Positions 7,464 through 16,122 of a stretch of DNA of 20,000 nucleotides are shown one piece after another. Numbering within the stretch: the stretch's first letter is position 1; the number at the start of each line of letters is the position of its first letter. Location: IMG/VR virus record IMGVR_UViG_3300042453_004632; one strand, given 5' to 3'. The translations under genes were made by a program, and so were the position numbers. This DNA is from an uncultured virus (IMG/VR IMGVR_UViG_3300042453_004632). Its lineage: Duplodnaviria > Heunggongvirae > Uroviricota > Caudoviricetes. The notes under the pieces are model-generated. The model saw only the letters and a program-made list of their open reading frames with translations. It ran no database searches and was not told the DNA's origin.

Positions 7464-9554
7464 ATGGCGACGACAGTAAACAAGGGATATTGCATTTGCG
7501 GCTGTGGGTCCTGCGCGGTTCCTGGAACTTGGAGAATCGTGGACCAAGATTCAATTATTTATGCCGAGGGACCTGTAACGGTCGTCTTGGGAGAGAATCC
7601 CTACCTGCAGTTGGTGCCGGAACCTTTCACTCCGACTTTCTATTACACCAGTGCTGGCAATAAAAATTTCAGGCTTGAGGTGGATTCTTGCGGGGGAGAC
7701 TGGTCCACGCTGGAAGAGTGGTCCGGAGACATCACACTGTGTTCCACGATATCGGATCGGTATCCTCAACACGCCTTTTCGACCCCATTTTCGCCGCCAG
7801 CCGGCACTCCGTGCGAATGTTGGAATTTCGTAAAGGTTCAGGCCGGATTGGAACAGTGCGATCCTTGTTTGCCATTCCAGATAGGCTCCAACGGAACGGG
7901 TCAAGAATGGAGGGACCCTCAACCCGGCCCCGCTGTTACATTTGGAAGTTTCGTAGATGGTGAATGGACAAACTTGGCGAACTGGGAGGATGCGGATGGA
8001 AACACACCGGCTGGCTCACTGCCCGATGCGGCAAGCGAAGTTTTTCTTGAAGCAAGTGTCACTTCGTCGTCAGTAGAAATATCAGTCAAGAAAATGACAA
8101 TAGAGGCCAGCGGAGAGTTCCACGTTGCCGCAACCGTGGATAGCCTGGTCTGCCATGGGGCGGTCGGACGCAGTTCAATATGCGACGGTGTGTATGGAAG
8201 CGTTACTGTGACGGTGGATTGCGAGTTTGATGGCGGCACGCTAGAGGGCGAAGTAACGGCAACCGGTTTGGCGGCGACGTTTATCAACGGCGGAAACGTA
8301 ACAGCCGCTGGTGTTGTGAACGGAAACGCTGTGTTTGACGGCATGCCTGGGACTGATAACTGGGGCGTCGTCACGGGCAACGGAACCTTCCTCACAGCGT
8401 CCACCAATTACGGCACCGTTGAAGGCGACGGCATATTTGGCACCGCTGGGGGCGATGATTATGCCAACAATGTCGGCACCGTGGAGGGCAACGCAATATT
8501 CCGTGGTCACGCATTCAACGTCGGCACTGTTGATGGAAATGCAGAGTTTGAAGACGACGCCACTAACAGCGATGCGACTGGCTATCCGGCCGTGGTGGGT
8601 GGCAATGCGGAGTTCAGCGACCGCGCAAAGAACCTAGGAGACGGTTCGGTCAACGGAAACGCGACTTTCAACGACGATTCCGAAAACATCGGCACCGTCA
8701 ACGGCAACGCGACCTTCAATGGTCTTTCCATCAACACCACAGATGGATTCATATCCGGCAACGCCACCTTCAACGGCACGGCCTTTGATGGAACGAGAAA
8801 CGAAGGTCAGGTCGAAGGAGATGCGACTTTCAATGGCGAATCCTACAATGCTGGTGGCTATGTTGGTGGCAATGCCACCTTCAACGACACTTCGCAGAAC
8901 ATTTACTTCGCCGGAGGTTGGAACTCGCAAGGATACGTCGAGGGCGATGCCACCTTCAACGAATCGTCCGTTAATGACGCCACCGTTCAGGGCTTCGGAA
9001 CATTCAATGGCGATTCAAGCATGTTGTCCGGAGAGGTGCAGGGCGGCGCCGAATTCAATGGCAATTCGTTCAACAACATGGGGAGCGTCGGAATTGCCGG
9101 TAGCGGCGTTGGTGACGCCACATTCAATGACGATTCTAAGAACAAGAGTCTCGGAAGGGTGGAGGGAACCGCCACATTCAACGACAACTCCGAAAACGAC
9201 GGCGGCATAGTGTACGGCGATGCCACATTCAATAATGACGCAATAAATAAACAAGGAAACGTGTACGGCGATGCGACTTTCAACAACAACTCAAGCAACG
9301 CGACAGCAAGCGCCGTGTTTGAAAACGCAGTGTTTAACAATGACGCGACAAATTACGGCGACATTGAAGGGAATGCCGAATTCAATGGCGGTTCAACAAA
9401 TGAAGCGAGTGGAACCGTCTCTGAAAACGCCACATTCAACGGAACCTCGCGCAACATAGGTTCGGTGGTTGGCACGGCAACATTCAACGACGGCTCGTGC
9501 AACAGCGGCACCGCAGGAACCTTCATACCCGATCCTCCGAACCCCTGTAATTAA
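7464..9554 (+). CDS. 696-aa Gly/Asn-rich beta-solenoid repeat protein (fiber/adhesin-like, putative virion protein)
   Basis: About 22 imperfect repeats xG[ND]ATFNxxSxNxGxV; DGEWTNLANW motif; Cys-rich N-terminal region; no obvious signal peptide. Confidence 0.8.
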   Translation: MATTVNKGYCICGCGSCAVPGTWRIVDQDSIIYAEGPVTVVLGENPYLQLVPEPFTPTFYYTSAGNKNFRLEVDSCGGDWSTLEEWSGDITLCSTISDRYPQHAFSTPFSPPAGTPCECWNFVKVQAGLEQCDPCLPFQIGSNGTGQEWRDPQPGPAVTFGSFVDGEWTNLANWEDADGNTPAGSLPDAASEVFLEASVTSSSVEISVKKMTIEASGEFHVAATVDSLVCHGAVGRSSICDGVYGSVTVTVDCEFDGGTLEGEVTATGLAATFINGGNVTAAGVVNGNAVFDGMPGTDNWGVVTGNGTFLTASTNYGTVEGDGIFGTAGGDDYANNVGTVEGNAIFRGHAFNVGTVDGNAEFEDDATNSDATGYPAVVGGNAEFSDRAKNLGDGSVNGNATFNDDSENIGTVNGNATFNGLSINTTDGFISGNATFNGTAFDGTRNEGQVEGDATFNGESYNAGGYVGGNATFNDTSQNIYFAGGWNSQGYVEGDATFNESSVNDATVQGFGTFNGDSSMLSGEVQGGAEFNGNSFNNMGSVGIAGSGVGDATFNDDSKNKSLGRVEGTATFNDNSENDGGIVYGDATFNNDAINKQGNVYGDATFNNNSSNATASAVFENAVFNNDATNYGDIEGNAEFNGGSTNEASGTVSENATFNGTSRNIGSVVGTATFNDGSCNSGTAGTFIPDPPNPCN

Positions 9555-9597
9555 TACATTTCAGGCAAAACTGATTCAAAAAATACTAGATATTGAC

Positions 9598-10008
9598 ATG
9601 AAATTCAGTGAATGGCTTGAGTTGAGGGAAGTTAAGGACGCGTGTTACCGCAAGGTCAAGGCACGTTTCAATGTGTTCCCCAGTGCCTACGCGAGTGGTG
9701 CGCTCGTCCAGTGCAGGAAGAAGGGAGCTAAGAACTGGGGCAACAAGAAAGAATCAAACGAGAATCTGGACGAGTCAAAATTTGCACTAGAGAAGGAGCG
9801 CGGCCTCCGGGGCTGGTTCGACAGGAACAAAGGGAAGGGCTGGATTGACTGCAAGGCCAGCAAGAAGGGCAGTCTGGTGCCTTGTGGAAGGAAGAAGGCG
9901 GGCAAGGGAGCAGAACGAGAATACCCGGCCTGCCGTCCCAATCTCTCCGCCTGCAACAAGAAGGGCAAGAAGAGAAAGAAGGGCAAGAAAAGAATTTCTT
10001 GGGAATGA
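9598..10008 (+). CDS. Basic protein with PSAYASG and GLRGWF...CGR...YPACRP motifs (DUF5872-like), capsid-targeting-like N-terminus
   Basis: Start reassigned to MKFSEWLELRE (ATG 9598, TAGATA upstream); Lys-rich tail; motifs recalled from conserved viral hypotheticals. Confidence 0.7.
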   Translation: MKFSEWLELREVKDACYRKVKARFNVFPSAYASGALVQCRKKGAKNWGNKKESNENLDESKFALEKERGLRGWFDRNKGKGWIDCKASKKGSLVPCGRKKAGKGAEREYPACRPNLSACNKKGKKRKKGKKRISWE

Positions 10009-10235
10009 CTCATTTCAACATAGTGAAATTTGAACCCACCCACGAATTGACAATGGAAAACGGCGAGACCATAATGGTGAGGCTCGTGGACACGGCGGCC
10101 TACCAGGCCTACGAATGGAGCGAGTCCATGGCCGCAGAAATCACCTACGACGGATCATGGAAGAAGAACGAAAAGAACATTTCGGTCGCCGTCAAGGAAG
10201 CCGTCAACAATAGAGAGCCTGACGACTTCCGCTAG
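10005..10235 (+). CDS. Hypothetical protein
   Basis: ATGA overlap with the previous stop; in frame with track ORF 9882..10235. Confidence 0.65.
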   Translation: MTHFNIVKFEPTHELTMENGETIMVRLVDTAAYQAYEWSESMAAEITYDGSWKKNEKNISVAVKEAVNNREPDDFR

Positions 10236-10254
10236 TCCCAGAAAGGAAAAAACC

Positions 10255-10512
10255 ATGTCGGTTTTTGATCTCATTGAAGGTTACCTCGTTGGCTTGCCTT
10301 ACCGCGATCTTGACTCCCTAGACGGATTTGACCCCAGCCGCACCAAAGGGTTCCGCACTTGGGATCGTTTGCAGGCGCACCACATTCGCGCCGTGGATCG
10401 GGGGTGTCTCAATAATTGCCCTCCGAGCGTCGTTCGGAGCGTCGTGGCTCAGATCTTGTATGCTGGCTCAAGGCAGGATGTGGTGACGATTCTTGGCAGC
10501 GTCGTTCAATAG
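10255..10512 (+). CDS. Hypothetical protein
   Basis: AAGGA RBS; convergent with the next gene. Confidence 0.65.
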   Translation: MSVFDLIEGYLVGLPYRDLDSLDGFDPSRTKGFRTWDRLQAHHIRAVDRGCLNNCPPSVVRSVVAQILYAGSRQDVVTILGSVVQ

Positions 10513-10514
10513 GT

Positions 10515-10850
10515 TCATATTTTGACGTTGTTCCTCTCCAATTCGGTGAGGAATTCGTCGTAGGCTTTGATGATTCCATCATTCCCGTAATAACCAGAAA
10601 GAGCCTCAATGCACACCAGCATGTCGCCCCTCGTCAACTGGCCGATCTTTTCCAAGTATTGAGAAGCTTTCGCCTCGTTGGGCTTGAACGGATATCTGTC
10701 AAAGTTCTTGGGCTTGTACTCGCCGTGAGGCACGTTTGATGCCTTGAAGCCCGCCCGACTCATCGGAGCCCCGACCAGACGCATTTGAGGCTCGCCCAGT
10801 TTTTGGGCCGCCTCGCCTTCCCTTAAAGAAATCCATTCGTTAAAATTCAT
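10515..10850 (-). CDS. Hypothetical protein with capsid-targeting-like N-terminus
   Basis: Start MNFNEWISLRE at 10850; TATATA 5 nt upstream on the minus strand. Confidence 0.7.
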   Translation of the reverse strand: MNFNEWISLREGEAAQKLGEPQMRLVGAPMSRAGFKASNVPHGEYKPKNFDRYPFKPNEAKASQYLEKIGQLTRGDMLVCIEALSGYYGNDGIIKAYDEFLTELERNNVKI

Positions 10851-10880
10851 AGTCATATATAGCGCCAAAAGGAAAGAATC

Positions 10881-11225
10881 ATGGATGAATTCAGCAAGGA
10901 ACGCATCATTTCAGAAGGCATAATTGAAAGAAAAGACTGGCCCCGGCTCAAGCCCGAACACATGGAACTCGCCAAATTGATCCTGACCATGCTGGACTTG
11001 CAGAAAACCGACCCGGAAGCCGACATCTTGTCGGACCTTTCCTTCAAGAGCGATGAGCAGCACGCCGAAGAACTTGCCCAAGGAATCGGCGAACTTAACG
11101 ACGATGTGGAGTTGGAGAATGTGGACAAGGTAGAGCCGGAAAAGACCTTTGAGAAGGGGGTTCCGATGGGAATACCCACGAGCCTCGTGCCCTTCTTCAA
11201 TAATTTGCTTCAAAATGAGAATTGA
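10881..11225 (+). CDS. Hypothetical acidic protein
   Basis: AAGGA RBS; 114-aa ORF overlapping the next start. Confidence 0.7.
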   Translation: MDEFSKERIISEGIIERKDWPRLKPEHMELAKLILTMLDLQKTDPEADILSDLSFKSDEQHAEELAQGIGELNDDVELENVDKVEPEKTFEKGVPMGIPTSLVPFFNNLLQNEN

Positions 11226-11673
11226 TCCATTCAAACTCGGGATCGACGGCCGGGTCGCCCTCTCAATCGCCGAAAAGACCTTCGGCAGACCCAGCGACAT
11301 TTCTTTCGGCCATGACTTCGCCGGATTGACTTGGTTTCTTTACGAAGATGGACTTGAAATCAAGTTGGAAATAGCCCACGTGGACGGAAATGATACTTTG
11401 AAGATCAATTTTTTGAAGACCCTCATCAATGAAGACATGACTATATGTGCCAAGAATTCCACGGACACATTGATGAAACTGAAGAACTTCATAGATGAAG
11501 TGAAAAAGCCATGGATTGAATGGGAGGAAGGCGATATACTTTCTAGTCCAATATGGGTCTGCCTCTACAAGGAGGAAGGCAATGAACCGACGCCCGCCAT
11601 GGAATCTAAGATGGTCATGGAAAGTTACGGCAATCCGAAGAGTCAGTGGATCAGGAGGTATTTTGACGCATGA
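11215..11673 (+). CDS. Hypothetical protein, family B
   Basis: C-terminus SPIWVCLYK...MESKMVMESYGNPKSQWIRRYF. Confidence 0.7.
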   Translation: MRIDPFKLGIDGRVALSIAEKTFGRPSDISFGHDFAGLTWFLYEDGLEIKLEIAHVDGNDTLKINFLKTLINEDMTICAKNSTDTLMKLKNFIDEVKKPWIEWEEGDILSSPIWVCLYKEEGNEPTPAMESKMVMESYGNPKSQWIRRYFDA

Positions 11674-11841
11674 ACAAACAACTACAAGTTGTGGGTGACC
11701 ATGTACAAAATTCTTTGAGGGAACTCGGAAAAGTTCCGAACCAAGCTTTCGCATCGTTCGCCAAAGAACGAAGGAACCTCGGGAGCCCTGCCTGGAAGTT
11801 TCCCGCTTCCCGTTTTCAAATAAATATCAGACGAGTTTTTT

Positions 11842-12597
11842 TCAAAACCCTTTCCAAGGACCCACGAGCGAATCAAGAAACGAAGAAAATTTGTCCAAGT
11901 CCTTTTCTACTGTGGAGCCTTGCACGAACAACCTCCAGCGATTCTCCCTCAACGTCTTATTCCACTTTCGGACGAATGCGATACGACGCGCCGCAGCACC
12001 CACATCCACCCATTCGGGAATCAACGCACTCAACTTGCTCGTAAGTTCCGACTCGGAAAATTCCATAAGATCGGAATAGAATAGCACCGGGCATGGGGCG
12101 GACCACACCTGAAGTCGCCACATCGCCTCGTGTATCAACACTTGTTTTACTTTTTCGTCTGCGACGTTCATAAGGCTCAAATAACGACTCGCCTCGTGCC
12201 AGACCGTGCCTGAATTAAATGAACTTGAAACAAAGGCATCAAAAATCGGCAATATGAAATCTGGCCTGGAAGAGGGGAACGTATGCTCCCTGTCCCTGAA
12301 AAGGTACACGACCCACGAACGAGACATGAACAAATCGCTCTTGAAGAACGAGAAATTCTCCTTGTTCATGTTGAATTGCCCTCTCCATTTGGCAAACATT
12401 TGTGCAAACGTCTCTTCGTCCGGCCTCAAGAATATATTTCTGGGACTACGCTCACATCCGAACCACCTGCGGACATCCGGATCGGGATTCACGCACGGAT
12501 TGAAGTATTCACGCTTGTACCGTTGCCCGTGGACGAGGCACTTGGCGAAGAAGTCCGTCCCTTGACGGGGAAATCCCAATAGGGTGAAGTTTTCCAT
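11842..12597 (-). CDS. Sulfotransferase-like P-loop protein
   Basis: N-terminal LLGFPRQGTDFF matches the GxPRSGT PAPS-binding loop; downstream E.FN and late FYSDL patterns are consistent with the fold. Confidence 0.6.
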   Translation of the reverse strand: MENFTLLGFPRQGTDFFAKCLVHGQRYKREYFNPCVNPDPDVRRWFGCERSPRNIFLRPDEETFAQMFAKWRGQFNMNKENFSFFKSDLFMSRSWVVYLFRDREHTFPSSRPDFILPIFDAFVSSSFNSGTVWHEASRYLSLMNVADEKVKQVLIHEAMWRLQVWSAPCPVLFYSDLMEFSESELTSKLSALIPEWVDVGAAARRIAFVRKWNKTLRENRWRLFVQGSTVEKDLDKFSSFLDSLVGPWKGF

Positions 12598-12710
12598 GGA
12601 GATTATCTACGGAACCACGCCCCCATGCCCGAAGGACATAGGAAAAAATCTTCTCGAAAAACACCCGGCCCGGATACCATGCAGTGGTCGGCAACCCAAG
12701 GAGAAAAACC

Positions 12711-13754
12711 ATGCAAGCCATCAGTCGTGCGGATTTGTACTTCAAAGAAGGCTCAAGCGACAAGGTCTACCACGCGACCGTGGAGCCCAAGGACGATAAG
12801 TTCGTCGTCAACTTCAGCTACGGACGAAGGGGATCAACCCTCGTCGCCGGGACAAAGACCAACCAGCCCGTCACCCTCGCGGAAGCGACGAAGGCATTTG
12901 AAAGGCTCGTGAACAGCAAGTTGGTCAAGGGATACCGCCGGATGGAATCCGGAGACGAAACCATCCCCCAGGCCGAACCGGCAGACACTCCGACCGAAAT
13001 CCAGTGCGTCCTGCTCAACCCCGTTGACGAGGACGAGGCCATGATCCTCATCAACGACAAGCAATGGACCGCCCAACCGAAGTTCGACGGCGTCAGGTTC
13101 ATGCTCGGAAGGAAGAACGGGAAGGTCTACGCCCTTAACCGCAAGGGCAAGCAGTCCAGTGTGCCAAACCGGATTCAAGAGGACGCCCCCGAACCGGACT
13201 TCCTCTTGGACGGCGAACTGGTGGGCGAGAACTTTTACGCCTTTGATATTCTGGAACTGGACGGAAACTGCTTGAGGAAAATGCCGCTAGAGGAAAGATC
13301 CAAGATTCTTGAGGAGATCGTACCCGATTCGGAAAACATCAAGTTCGTCCCTCTAGCCACCGGAAAACAGAAGAAGGAACTCCACGAATCGCTCAAGGAA
13401 CAGAACGCGGAAGGAATCGTCTTCAAGAAACTCAAGTCCCCGTACAACACGGGACGCCCCGCCAGCGGCGGCAACTACCTCAAGTTCAAGTTCTACAGCA
13501 CAGCCTCCTGCCGCGTCTCCAAGGTCAACCAGAAAAGAAGCGTGAGCCTCGTCATGGAGTGCGGCACCCAAGTGGGGAACGTGACCATCCCGGCCAACCA
13601 CGAAATCCCAAGCAAGGACGATGTCGTGGAAGTCAGATACCTCTACGCCTACAAGGGAGGCTCACTTTACCAGCCAACCTACCTCGGCAAAAGGAGCGAC
13701 GTTGACCCCGACCACGCCCACACGCTCAAGTTCAAGAACGAGGAAGAAGAATGA
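12711..13754 (+). CDS. WGR-domain / ATP-dependent DNA ligase fusion
   Basis: N-terminal WGR (SSDKVY, YGRRG, KLVKGY); ligase motifs I QPKFDGVR, III LLDGEL, IIIa FYAFDIL, IV EGIVFK, V LKFK; short OB domain (VVEVRY...P.YLG.RSD); AAGGAG RBS before ATG 12711. Confidence 0.9.
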   Translation: MQAISRADLYFKEGSSDKVYHATVEPKDDKFVVNFSYGRRGSTLVAGTKTNQPVTLAEATKAFERLVNSKLVKGYRRMESGDETIPQAEPADTPTEIQCVLLNPVDEDEAMILINDKQWTAQPKFDGVRFMLGRKNGKVYALNRKGKQSSVPNRIQEDAPEPDFLLDGELVGENFYAFDILELDGNCLRKMPLEERSKILEEIVPDSENIKFVPLATGKQKKELHESLKEQNAEGIVFKKLKSPYNTGRPASGGNYLKFKFYSTASCRVSKVNQKRSVSLVMECGTQVGNVTIPANHEIPSKDDVVEVRYLYAYKGGSLYQPTYLGKRSDVDPDHAHTLKFKNEEEE

Positions 13755-14305
13755 CCCCCAAGGAGGCCTACGACCACGCCAAGAAACTCGGACACCGATG
13801 CCCAGATGCGGAAAGCGTCGTCGTCAGGCCATACAACAGACAACTCAAGAAGTTCGTGACCAGGGAAGAACATAAATCACCCCAGATGTTCATGCTCGCC
13901 TTCGCGTACTACAGGAGGTTCGTGAAACTCAGCCCCGAGATCGTCAGGGAAGAATTCAAGTCGGAACTGGAAAAGAACCTCCTCAAGCACTTCCTGCCCT
14001 ACACGTGCTTCGTATACGCCAATCTCACGGGAGCAAAACTTTCAGAGTCCCTACACAATAGGATGATATTGGAAAGTTTCACTTCCGATAACCCATGGAT
14101 AAGGGAATACGTGGAAAACTACGGGGAAGAAAAGCAAGTCAAATTTTCGGGCGCATTTCTTTCCAAGCCCCAAGAAGCCCACAACTGCATACTTGACAAT
14201 CCTGGGGCTTCAAACGAAGATGTTGCGAAGATTCTCAGGAAAAAGGGAGTAGAGATTGCAATCTTTACAATCGTCAGAGCAAGAAAGAAGATTGGTACAA
14301 CATGA
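13751..14305 (+). CDS. Hypothetical protein, family B module followed by possible C-terminal HTH
   Basis: Internal LHNRMILESFTSDNPWIREYV; tail NPGASNEDVAKILRKKGVEIAIFTIVRARKKIG is HTH-like. Confidence 0.7.
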   Translation: MTPKEAYDHAKKLGHRCPDAESVVVRPYNRQLKKFVTREEHKSPQMFMLAFAYYRRFVKLSPEIVREEFKSELEKNLLKHFLPYTCFVYANLTGAKLSESLHNRMILESFTSDNPWIREYVENYGEEKQVKFSGAFLSKPQEAHNCILDNPGASNEDVAKILRKKGVEIAIFTIVRARKKIGTT

Positions 14306-14874
14306 ACTTCACGGAAGAACTGCTCATTGAATTCATGCTTGAGATGAACCCGAGCATGATCCTCAATCGGTGCGCCGACAAAAGGCCTCCCGAGGTGGAG
14401 AGGATCATCGCTACGAGGCCCAAGGAGGCCCTTTGGTACGCCGAGAACGTCATCAAGGGAAGATGGCCCGAGGCGGAAGAGGCAATCGCAAGCAATCATG
14501 AGACCGCACTCGCCTACGCGAGGATCGTCCTCAAGGGCAGGTTCCCAGAATACGAGAAAAGAATCGTCAAGGACCCGAACGTCAGTTTCCAATACTGCCG
14601 AGCTATAGGAAGAAGATTCCCAGAGGCCGAACCGAGGATCGCAAAGTCAACCGCCCGACTCGCAATAAACTACGCTGCCCTTGTCATCGGAGGAAGATTT
14701 GAACTCGCCGAAGCCAAGATCGCCAAGAAACCCAAGTGGGTTCTGGAATACCACGAGAAGGCACTCAAAGGAAATGTTCTTCCCGACGAACTCCACAACG
14801 CCATGACCCTCCACAGTTTCGAAAATCCCGAAGACAAGAGCGTCAAGAGATACTTCCAGACACGAAAACCATGA
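14302..14874 (+). CDS. Helical-repeat protein (YAxxVxxGR[WF]PEAExxI repeats) with family B C-terminal module
   Basis: Four repeats of about 26 aa, then LHNAMTLHSFENPEDKSVKRYF. Confidence 0.8.
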   Translation: MNFTEELLIEFMLEMNPSMILNRCADKRPPEVERIIATRPKEALWYAENVIKGRWPEAEEAIASNHETALAYARIVLKGRFPEYEKRIVKDPNVSFQYCRAIGRRFPEAEPRIAKSTARLAINYAALVIGGRFELAEAKIAKKPKWVLEYHEKALKGNVLPDELHNAMTLHSFENPEDKSVKRYFQTRKP

Positions 14875-15116
14875 TCACCGCCGCCAGCCTCAAGGATTTC
14901 GTCCACAGCCTCGACGAACCCGTCGTCCAACTGGATCCGCCGTTCCGAACCATGGACCTGAGAATCCTCGTCAAGGACGCCGGAAACGAACCCCTTGACA
15001 AATGGTGGCAAGGAAAGAACATGACGCCCACGCTCAAGAAGATCGTCGCAGGAGCCCTGTTGTCCACCAACCCGCCCGAAGAAATCAAAAACTTCATTAT
15101 ACTGCTCATGCTCTAA
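14871..15116 (+). CDS. Hypothetical protein
   Basis: ATGA coupling at 14871; in frame with track ORF 14736..15116. Confidence 0.65.
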   Translation: MITAASLKDFVHSLDEPVVQLDPPFRTMDLRILVKDAGNEPLDKWWQGKNMTPTLKKIVAGALLSTNPPEEIKNFIILLML

Positions 15117-15161
15117 TCAAAAACACACACAAGGAAGCACTTCCATGAATTTAAATAAGGC

Positions 15162-15695
15162 ATGGAAGAACTCGTCTGGAAACCAAGATTCAAGAACCAA
15201 ACCCCCAAGAACGAGACCAACACCACCCGTCTGGCCGCCCAAGCACTCAATGACATCAGAAAAATGGAAAGGATGAGGTCCAACGGAACACTGGATCAGT
15301 ACCTCCAAGAAATGAAACCCAAGAAACAAACGAAGAAATTCAACAAAAAATTGCTCTTCCTACTCCCGCTCCCCCTGCTCGTCCTGCCGTTCCTGCCGTT
15401 CCTGTACGACCACACACACCAAGTCTCGGGCAGACTCAGGAACGAGAAGTCGGCCCTCCACGAAGCCCGAATCACACTCCACGGCGAACAGACCAAGGAA
15501 ACCAACAGCGACCAGGAAGGAAAGTTCACCGTCAAAGGAGTTGAACCCGGCAACTACAAAATCACCGTCCAACACCAGAACTCAGACCCAAAATACGCCG
15601 ACCCCAACACCACGCCCTTCAATATCAGCGTCCAAAAAGACATAGAAAATTTGAACGTCTTCGCCCGAATCAAGATGCCCGCTCAGAAAAAGTGA
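15162..15695 (+). CDS. Membrane-anchored carboxypeptidase-regulatory-like (prealbumin/Ig-like fold) protein, planctomycete type
   Basis: Hydrophobic segment LLFLLPLPLLVLPFLPFL, then VSGRL...SDQEGKFTVKGVEPGNYKITV...PKYADPNTTPFNISV. Confidence 0.75.
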   Translation: MEELVWKPRFKNQTPKNETNTTRLAAQALNDIRKMERMRSNGTLDQYLQEMKPKKQTKKFNKKLLFLLPLPLLVLPFLPFLYDHTHQVSGRLRNEKSALHEARITLHGEQTKETNSDQEGKFTVKGVEPGNYKITVQHQNSDPKYADPNTTPFNISVQKDIENLNVFARIKMPAQKK

Positions 15696-15696
15696 A

Positions 15697-15975
15697 ATGG
15701 ACCTGTCCCTCCTCGAGAACGTGATCCGCGTGGGCCAAATGCTGGACACAAGGGCCAGAGACTTCCGAAACGAAAGGGAATGGGAGGAATACCTCCTCGG
15801 AAACGGCATCGCCCCCGAAAACGACCTTTCATACAAACCCATCAATAGACCGCCCGATACCATGCAGGTCTGGGACACCGGAGGATCCCGATTCAGAGAG
15901 AAATACGTCAGGAAATACCTAGTCATACCACGCGAATTCGCCGAAAAAGCCCTCATCCTCAAAGGAATCCCATGA
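15697..15975 (+). CDS. Hypothetical protein, family A
   Basis: EWEEYLLGNG, VWDTG, IPREFAEKALILKGIP. Confidence 0.75.
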   Translation: MDLSLLENVIRVGQMLDTRARDFRNEREWEEYLLGNGIAPENDLSYKPINRPPDTMQVWDTGGSRFREKYVRKYLVIPREFAEKALILKGIP

Positions 15976-16100
15976 AAGAACTCGCCCTCAAAATACTCGA
16001 AATCATGGAACAACACGGACTCAAGGTCTACGACCTGGAACTCATCGAGGAACTCCTGGAAAAAACAATCATCAGGAACGAGAAGGAATGCTCCCACTGA
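15972..16100 (+). CDS. 42-aa hypothetical protein missing from the ORF track
   Basis: AAGGA RBS and ATGA coupling; MKELALKILEIMEQHGLKVYDLELIEELLEKTIIRNEKECSH*. Confidence 0.55.
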   Translation: MKELALKILEIMEQHGLKVYDLELIEELLEKTIIRNEKECSH

Positions 16101-16122
16101 AACCCCCCACCACCCTTTACGA

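Noticed and set aside
7919..9459. Antisense and alternate-frame ORFs within the repeat protein gene; possible DGR template/variable repeats
   Set aside because: They are shadows of the protein-level repeat; I saw no long near-identical pair with adenine-specific mismatches and no reverse transcriptase.
11670..12044. 124-aa plus-strand ORF
   Set aside because: Has ATGA coupling but overlaps the sulfotransferase-like gene by about 200 nt on the opposite strand and has no motif; left uncalled.
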